From contig NC_092675.1 in assembly GCF_964355755.1 (NCBI RefSeq), positions 19,130,912 to 19,194,911 of the forward strand: a DNA stretch of 64,000 bases. The letters run 5' to 3'. The number at the start of each line of letters is the position of its first letter. The first letter of the stretch is position 1. Shown here in pieces: positions 56,755 to 64,000 of this stretch. Below the pieces are notes generated by a model. That model worked only from the letters and a program-made list of their open reading frames with translations. It searched no databases and was not told the DNA's origin. The stretch is from Antedon mediterranea. Lineage: Eukaryota > Animalia > Echinodermata. Position numbers and translations under genes: made by a program.

Positions 56755-57735
56755 CAATCGTATGACATCATAAAATATCCGTGCCCATATGGCAATATTC
56801 GCGCATAATTTTGGGCGATTTTCCAAATAATCCCGGCTGTACTATAGTACAGAGGTTTTATTAAAAAATGGTTGAACTTTGACCTTTTTATTCCTCGACC
56901 TAATGGTCCTATGACGCCATAAGATGTAATAGGGCGATATCCGTGCTCAAATGGCAATATTAGCGCATAATTTTAAAAGGTCTATATTTTGGGTGATTTT
57001 TTTTTTAATAATCCCTGTACTTTTAGTACAGGGATTTTATTAAAAAATGGTTGGACTTTGACGTTTTTATTCTTCGACCTAATGGTCCTATGACACCATA
57101 AGATGTAATAGGGCAATACTCATGCTCATATGGCAATATTAGCGCATAATTTTAAAAGGTCTATATTTTGGGTGATTTTTTTTTTAATAATCCCTGTACT
57201 TTAGTACAGGAATTTTGTTGAAAAATTATTGAACTTTGATCTTTTTATTCCTCGACCTAAGTGGTCCAATGACACTATCATATCATATCATATCATTTAT
57301 TTCGCCAATATACAGAACAGTACAAAAAAACAATACAAAAGTAAGTCAATGAGGCCGGATAACCTAAAAGTTACAAATAAAAATAACCGTCGAGAGGCTC
57401 TCCACATCGAAATACTTACATAAAATGAATAATACATGGATTCTATTAAAATTTAGATAAAACTATATAAGATGTAATTGGGCAATATCCGTCCTCATAT
57501 GGCAATATTAGTGCATAATTTTAAAAGAATATATTTTGGGTATAGTAAAGGGATTTTGAAAAAAAATTGCTGAACTTTGATCTTTTTATTCCTTGACCTA
57601 AAGTGGTCCTATGACACGATAAGATGTAATGGGGCAATATATGTGCTCATATGGCAAAAAAGTCTATCGGGTGATTTTTCAAATAATCCCTGTAATAATA
57701 GTACTGACAGTACAGGGATTTTGTTGAAAAACAGT
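56755..57735. repeat. ~170-bp tandem repeat (~5 copies) interrupted by a retroelement tail at ~57275-57465
   Basis: atatggcaatatt-type motif at ~56787, 56951, 57128, 57497 and 57649; the insertion begins with (catat)n. Confidence 0.8.
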
Positions 57736-60700
57736 AACATTCTTATTCCTCAATTTCTTATGTCCTTTCAATAACAAAGTGCTGGTTTCATAAAATACAA
57801 AAACATTATTAATAGTTAATTTTGAATGCACCAGCTTTATTCAAAGAAAAAGGAAACTGTACAATATACCACAGTAACCGTTTGTACACATCTTTTCCTA
57901 TTTGTTTTATTCAATCTTTTTGTTTTCTTTTTAGATGCATTACAATACAACAACCATGATAAATGTCACATTAACAACAATGTACTAGCTTACAATAGAA
58001 AACAAATATATTTTTTAATGCACATTTTAAATGCATCCTGGTAAAAAAGGAGTCATCATCAGTAACAATGTCTTGAAGATGCACTCCATAAAAATGTAAA
58101 CAAAAATCCAACTAAAATAAAATACTTTTTAACAATATGAAATGATTTAAGTTATCATCTTTCAACCCGATTGCAATAAAGTAGAACCTATTATTTGGGA
58201 CATCCCTATTCAGGGTCAATATGCTTGGACATTACGGCAATGTCCTGTTCAGGGGACACTTGCGTTTCCCCCCACCCCACCCCCCCCCCTACTCTATTAA
58301 GGTTTGAAGAGTATTGTATCAATCTGCTATTTTATCTCATAATTATCAAAATGATTTTTCTTTTTCTTTTATTTTTTTGTTATTGAATTAACAATTATAG
58401 TTAGTTAAATCCATGCAAGACAGTGACACTTTAAATGCATTCTTATGGTAATTGTTTACTTGTTACGTCATGGTGTTGATAATGACATTAAAATACCAAT
58501 ATAGACTACTGTACTTGTATTCTACATGTACTGAGTATCACATCATAGATTAATGCATTATTTGTCTATTAGGGTAAGTTAAAAACCTCTTATTTTCTTT
58601 AATAAAGAAATATAACTGGGAATATATATGCCAAAATGTATACACCAATCTTATTCAAACAAAATTCATACAACATTGATGTCTATAGTTTAACATAGAG
58701 GGGGTGATTCCAATACATTACCATTGATATGTTAACCTTTGAATACATATTTTTGTTCATTATTGTGATGAACGTTAAGTAAAAAAAATGAAGCAATGTC
58801 AGTGTTTACAACAAGATTTATACAGGTTGTCCTGTAATAAAATATACCACCACCGCCCCATAATAATTAAAACTAAAAAATGTCACTAGTAAGAGAATCA
58901 TATTTTGTGATTGTTATCTCTTGATACCCCACATTGAATACATTAAGGCATTATATGCCATTTGAAATTAGCGTACAGAATAGGAATATTTTTAAACCTC
59001 TTGTATCCAACATAAGGGTTGGATGCCAGAGGAACACAATGTACCTATAGAGTACTACTACTTTTTTGGGTGTAGACTTAATATATCTGAGGGTGTCTTA
59101 AATTGTGCCACTAATACTACCCTACTTGCATTATTTGGAGTCATCATTAAATGTAATAATTGTTTTAAATAATGTCAAACAATTGATAATGCATTATTGA
59201 AAGTCTTGACCTAACAAATATGTCCTTGTTGATAAGTAAAAGGAACAATATGAGTGTTTAAAATGCATACATAATCTAACTGTATTATCCTCATTGTATA
59301 GTGTCTATAAATCTCTAATTTATTCCTCCCGTTTCATTGCCACAACACTGCACACATTGCAAATTTGTTTTTAAATCAAAATATAAAAAAAATGTCATCT
59401 TTTTTTCAGAAATGGTGCATATCTAGAAATTACTCTTGTTAACAACTTTAGTGTGAACATTTGATGGTGGTATATGTACACACTACTTAAATATGATGGG
59501 ATATACATCCTAGCAGGTACTGAATTTATATTCCTAAATCACAAAGATTTCTATATGACCAACACTTAACATGAATGATGTCTCCTGAAGCCCCTCAAGA
59601 TATCTTTGGATATATCAACTATATTAATTAATATTAAAGTATTATTATTTTATAAATACTTTCTCCCTGAACAATTAGGTCATTTTACCATGGCACCATT
59701 ACAGAGTGCCCATCAAGCAGTGCTGATCATTAGGCACAGTCACACATGGTGAAACTATTCAATCGTAAACGTTCAAATAAAGTCTACTCTCCAAATACTT
59801 TGAAAACCGGAAACTCCCAAAACTAAATTTATCTAGAGGTCCCAAAATCTTTTTAACATTGAAAGAATTTCTGGAAAATCAAAGTCAAAAGATGTTCGGT
59901 ATTGGGAGAGATGACTGTATCAACAATGCATTATTTTACAGTAACTCTAAGAGGGACGTTCAGTAGGTTCCAAAGGCATTTATATTACACTGTTCTTTAT
60001 TTAAATTTTGGAAGAAATTGTTCATTTTTTATAGAACTATATCAATGTCTAGAAATTAATTTTTATAAGACATAAACAAATTGTTACTTTAATAAGCCAA
60101 TGTTAACAATAGATAAAGGTCTTCATAAAACAATTTTTACTTATTTGTGAAATTGTATACAATATATACAGTGATCAATATTGAAAATATCAAGGGGGGA
60201 AAAGTGGTTTATATGACAGGGGTTACACTGTAAACATGTTATCAAGAACTAGGTGATAGGGAAAATACCATTAAACCAACACATTTATTCATAATTGATT
60301 TACAAGATATGCATACTAAACTGCAGTGGCAATGGATTTCGGAATAGGTTAATACTCCTGTTTTAAGCATTTTCAAGTCCACATAATCCGACACTAATAA
60401 AAATTTTAGATATTTATGCAAGCTATTTTATAAACTTGCATTGTGTCCAATAAGACGAAATTCTAGGATCCAGTTATAGTTATTTTAACTGTTACTATAT
60501 ATTATCAACAGCATATGTTTGAATAGTTGTATGAGTTTCAGTCATCTAGCATACATTCATCTGATTGAGAATGTCTAAAATCCACTATTGCCTTGTTGCA
60601 CACCAACAAATCTTCTTCAGTAAAATTGAGTATTTATATAATATCCAAGTATGTCTATAACAGTACACCACAAGGAGAAATTACTTATTTAATTGTTTTG

Positions 60701-61027
60701 ATGAACATGTCCATGTGTATGCTGACAAAATTAGTAAACTAGTATACTTAATTGACAGAGAGGATTTATACATTGTACAGTGAATCGCTTCCAAACATTC
60801 ACTTTCTTCACAGAGCCTAGCATTTTCTTCAACAATATTCGCATTCATCGTACACATCTATCGGACCGAAAGAGAGCTACTGACAGTCTGCAAGACCCAC
60901 AAGGGAAAACCCCTCAGTGGTTTGAAATTTAACGTGGCATTCCTCCCACAATACAATACTCCAGTTTAGATTCAATGTTCGAATCTTCATTTTGGTGAGC
61001 CTTTTCAAGCTCCTTCGTCAACAAACA

Positions 61028-62615
61028 CTATCTTCCAGAAGATGGACCAGATGAAGCAGCATGGGATATGCCAGATGCACTGCTACCAACAGCCCCACTG
61101 TGATCCATTGCTGTGGAGACAAAAAAATATATGCAAAATTATTAAATGCAAAGAGAAAGTTGTTGAAGAAGATAAAAGATGTTATTGATATGTTTGATAT
61201 GTAGAGATTAAAAGGAAAGACTTTAGGAGACAAATGTTGAATCACATATATTCTACGTAAAACGTTTAGTGAAAATGCAGGCATATAGTTCTAATTTCTA
61301 GCTTAGTTAAAAGTAACCTAAATTTATTGGCAAAGTTAGTTAATATTTTCAATAGTTTATAAGTTCTAACAAGCACTAATATATGTTAAGTTATATCCTA
61401 AAAAAAATGTTAACCCAATTTTAAAATCAATTAAGTGTGTAATTAGTTTAAAAGCCAAGAGCAAATAGATAGCAAATGGTAACATTAGGGAATTAATTTG
61501 ATAATTTCTTTCTGTAATCACCAAGCCTTTGGAGAATATTTTCTCATTTATTAACACACTTAGTGAGTGTATAGGAATGAATATGACCCAGACCTAGTTA
61601 GTTTGTGTGATATAATCTCAAGCTCTGTCTACACTATCAAACTAGTTTGACAAAAAAAGTGTGATGTGCCCAAATATAGTAGTGATATGAAATCATCGCG
61701 TCCACATATTTTTTTGTCACAGAAAGTTTGATAGTGTAGACAGAGCTTAAGTTACTATGTTTAAAACCTATTGATGCTTAAAATTCATTAAACAAACAAA
61801 ATTTTTTATACTAAATTAGAGCATGTTTTAGACCATTTTGCCTTGCATGAATTCCTATGGAGCGCACATTTTTGCAAGGAACCTAAAGCCAATTTTCCAC
61901 TAGGCGAACTAAGCTTATACACCTGCGTATCCATGTTTCCATCCTCCAAATCTCTCTCTATGCATTACATATAAGCTGCCGGTTTAATGTATCTTTCACA
62001 TGATCCAGATCCCAATTCAGAATAACTTTTCACTTATTAACCCTGGCAGATGACACTTTTTTGCAATGGCAACTTGGAGTATGCTTGCCAACGGGTATCA
62101 TCATAATATTATAGTATTATTCTCAAATGTTACCTTGAACATTTTCTGGTGTTCCATTTTGAACTTTGTTGTAATTCATCACTTCATTAAAAATGTAATC
62201 TGAAAAAAACAACACAGAAGATTAAAACTAGTCCAAAAATGCAATCGAATCCTAATGTGAAACAACTATACAGAATACTTATGCATTTCATACATCTTTA
62301 ATTAACTGTTATATCAATTTAATATATATATTATTACTTATGTATATTATAAATTATGTACGATTCCACCAAAATCTTGATTGTGAGACATTTGATAAAT
62401 GGGCAAACTGCCCTAAAATTTCTTTACATGTTTTTAGAGAAACTATTCTCATCATCAGAACAGAAAACAATGCCTAGAGTACTTATATACCAATAGGACA
62501 GGTTGTGTGTAAATGTAATAATTTACTTATAATGTAAATTATATAAATTACCTTTCCATTGCTCAACTGTTAATTCTTTCTCATCTATAGAATGATCATA
62601 CGGAATAGGTGCAGG
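61028..62615 (-). CDS. JNK: c-Jun N-terminal kinase, last three coding exons 62552-62615, 62134-62199, 61028-61110; the rest of the gene is presumably beyond the window end
   Basis: PAPIPYDHSIDEKELTVEQWKDYIFNEVMNY matches the JNK C-terminal L16 region (human DEREHTIEEWKELIYKEVM), followed by a Ser/Gly-rich tail ending GPSSGR*. A long 3' UTR is likely, with a minus-strand AATAAA near 57836-57841. Confidence 0.85.
61621..61747. mobile_element. Harbinger-type MITE, family A
   Basis: Perfect TIR AGCTCTGTCTACACTATCAAACT. Confidence 0.85.
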
Positions 62616-63058
62616 CTGTGAAGGGAGAATTAATATCACATAAGATGAATGAAGATGAATGAAGACTAACGTTGATGGTTGAATTTTAGTAGTTTGTCTT
62701 TAGTTGAAGTATAACCAACGGTAGTCCTTATCATTTATGTACTTAGTCTACTTCTAAAAATGTAAAAGATATTGGCTTCTCATTGTTTCTCATTTCATGA
62801 ATAATTTTTCTTACTCATTAATTGGAGATTAAAACTACAAATATACTTAGCTATAAGCCACTATAGCCAAACACTCCATATTGGTTGGAAAATATTCTGT
62901 TTCATTTCTATACCTTAGGCTCAAGTTTCATTCTTATCTTTATATTGCGCTGGGGGTGATTGATTATTTGTTGTTCTAGTTTTATAGATATTTTCTTTTG
63001 GTTACTGAGCATGCTCAGCTCTTGCTTTTGGATAGTAAATTCCTTCATCCCTCCTCCA

Positions 63059-63397
63059 TTTTACTCGGGGTGCCCGAGTCTAGGACTTACTCATTTTCTC
63101 CTCCATCTGGACACTATTGAGTAAAAAGTGCGATTTTTAAAGTACTACTCCTCCCTTATTAGTTGTAGTATTGAGCTGGGATTTGGCCTGAATATACTAC
63201 AGGGACATGTCCTCAAATCTATAGAGCCGGATTTTTCAATTTCAAACCGGATGCAGCCATATGACGTCTCGAAGATGGTACCATATAGCCGTATTTGGTA
63301 TGTTATTGATGTGTATATGACGTCACATCCCGTCTTTTGACGTCATTACAGCTTCATTTGCTGTACCCGGAGTATCGCACATTCGTGCTTTTTTGTT
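63059..63397 (+). mobile_element. Helentron-type non-autonomous element; a second copy starts at ~63888 and runs off the window
   Basis: tttTACTCGGGGTGC...GTACCCGGAGTA subterminal inverted repeat, 3' hairpin gcacattcgtgc, T-rich ends. Confidence 0.7.
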
Positions 63398-63463
63398 AAT
63401 TAATTTGTTTAATTAAGAAGCCACAATGTGTGACACACACCACAGCGTTATGTAGTTATATGC

Positions 63464-63536
63464 GGCTTCTTGGCGTAGTGGTTATCACGTTTGCTTAACA
63501 CGCAGAAGGTACCTGGTTCGAGCCCGGACGAAACCT
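63464..63536 (+). tRNA. tRNA-Val(AAC), degenerate (possible pseudogene)
   Basis: ...GTAGTGGTTATCACGTTTGCTT-AAC-ACGCAGAAGGTACCTGGTTCGAGCCCGG..., followed by an oligo-T terminator. The acceptor and T stems carry mismatches. Confidence 0.7.
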
Positions 63537-63750
63537 TTTTTTTTAAACTTTATGGTGAAAAGTACTGTATACGCAATATGATAATTATACACAGTATATC
63601 ATATTTTAATTATTTTTTTAAATACTTATTTTGTGTAATCGGTAATTATCACTTTTACACATGTTTATTTTGCTTTGTGCTTATTACCATATTTATTTGT
63701 AATTTAAATGGATTAAAAAACTTTCTGTAACCCACATTTTCAGTGTAAGA

Positions 63751-63822
63751 GGTTTCGTAGTGTAGTGGTTGTCAAGTCTGCTTAACACGCAGAAGGTCCC
63801 GGTTCGAGCCCTGGCGAAACCT
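63751..63822 (+). tRNA. tRNA-Val(AAC), possibly non-functional
   Basis: Acceptor stem GGTTTCG/CGAAACC, anticodon arm TCTGC-TTAACAC-GCAGA, GGTTCGAG B box. There is a D-stem mismatch and a 1-nt deletion near the T stem. Confidence 0.75.
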
Positions 63823-64000
63823 ATTTTTCTTTAACTTTATGGTGAAATATACTGTATACGTAATATGATATAGAGTATACCTGGTTTTATTACTCGGGGT
63901 ACCTGAGTCTAGGACTCTCTCATCTTTTCCTCTTCTTCTTCCATCCGGACACTATTGAACGAAAAGTGCGATTTGTAAAGTACTACTCCTCCCTTATTCG

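Noticed and set aside
60929-61030. Stop-codon readthrough extension of JNK, as in human MAPK10
   Set aside because: The context is TAG-TGT rather than TGA-CTAG, and a short open frame after the stop is expected by chance.

Overview
AT-rich, intron-rich invertebrate animal DNA; the species cannot be determined from sequence alone. Almost all ORF-track entries are exon fragments or spurious, so gene models were built by reading splice sites by hand. Genes in order: the 5' part of a probable Myb/SANT-like (Harbinger ORF2-type) gene (-); a complete 10-exon zinc MDR alcohol dehydrogenase with a class-III scaffold but class-I-like pocket residues (-); a 16-coding-exon, ~800 aa ABIN/TNIP-like ubiquitin adaptor carrying two death domains, a LIR-like motif, AHD1, UBAN and a C-terminal CCHC zinc finger, with kappaB sites upstream (-); a 2-exon 146 aa membrane protein absent from the ORF track (+); DNAJB12/14 (+); VTI1A (+); and the 3' exons of JNK (-), with two tRNA-Val(AAC)-type genes lying upstream of those exons, probably intronic. 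Introns and intergenic DNA are full of non-autonomous elements (Harbinger, Kolobok, Academ, piggyBac-like, foldback/MULE-like, Helentron-type, solo LTRs, an L2/CR1 fragment) and tandem repeats. The strongest candidates for novelty are the death-domain ABIN, a tandemly duplicated covarying RNA-like structure in its intron, the class-I-like ADH, and tandem duplications of splice junctions in two genes.
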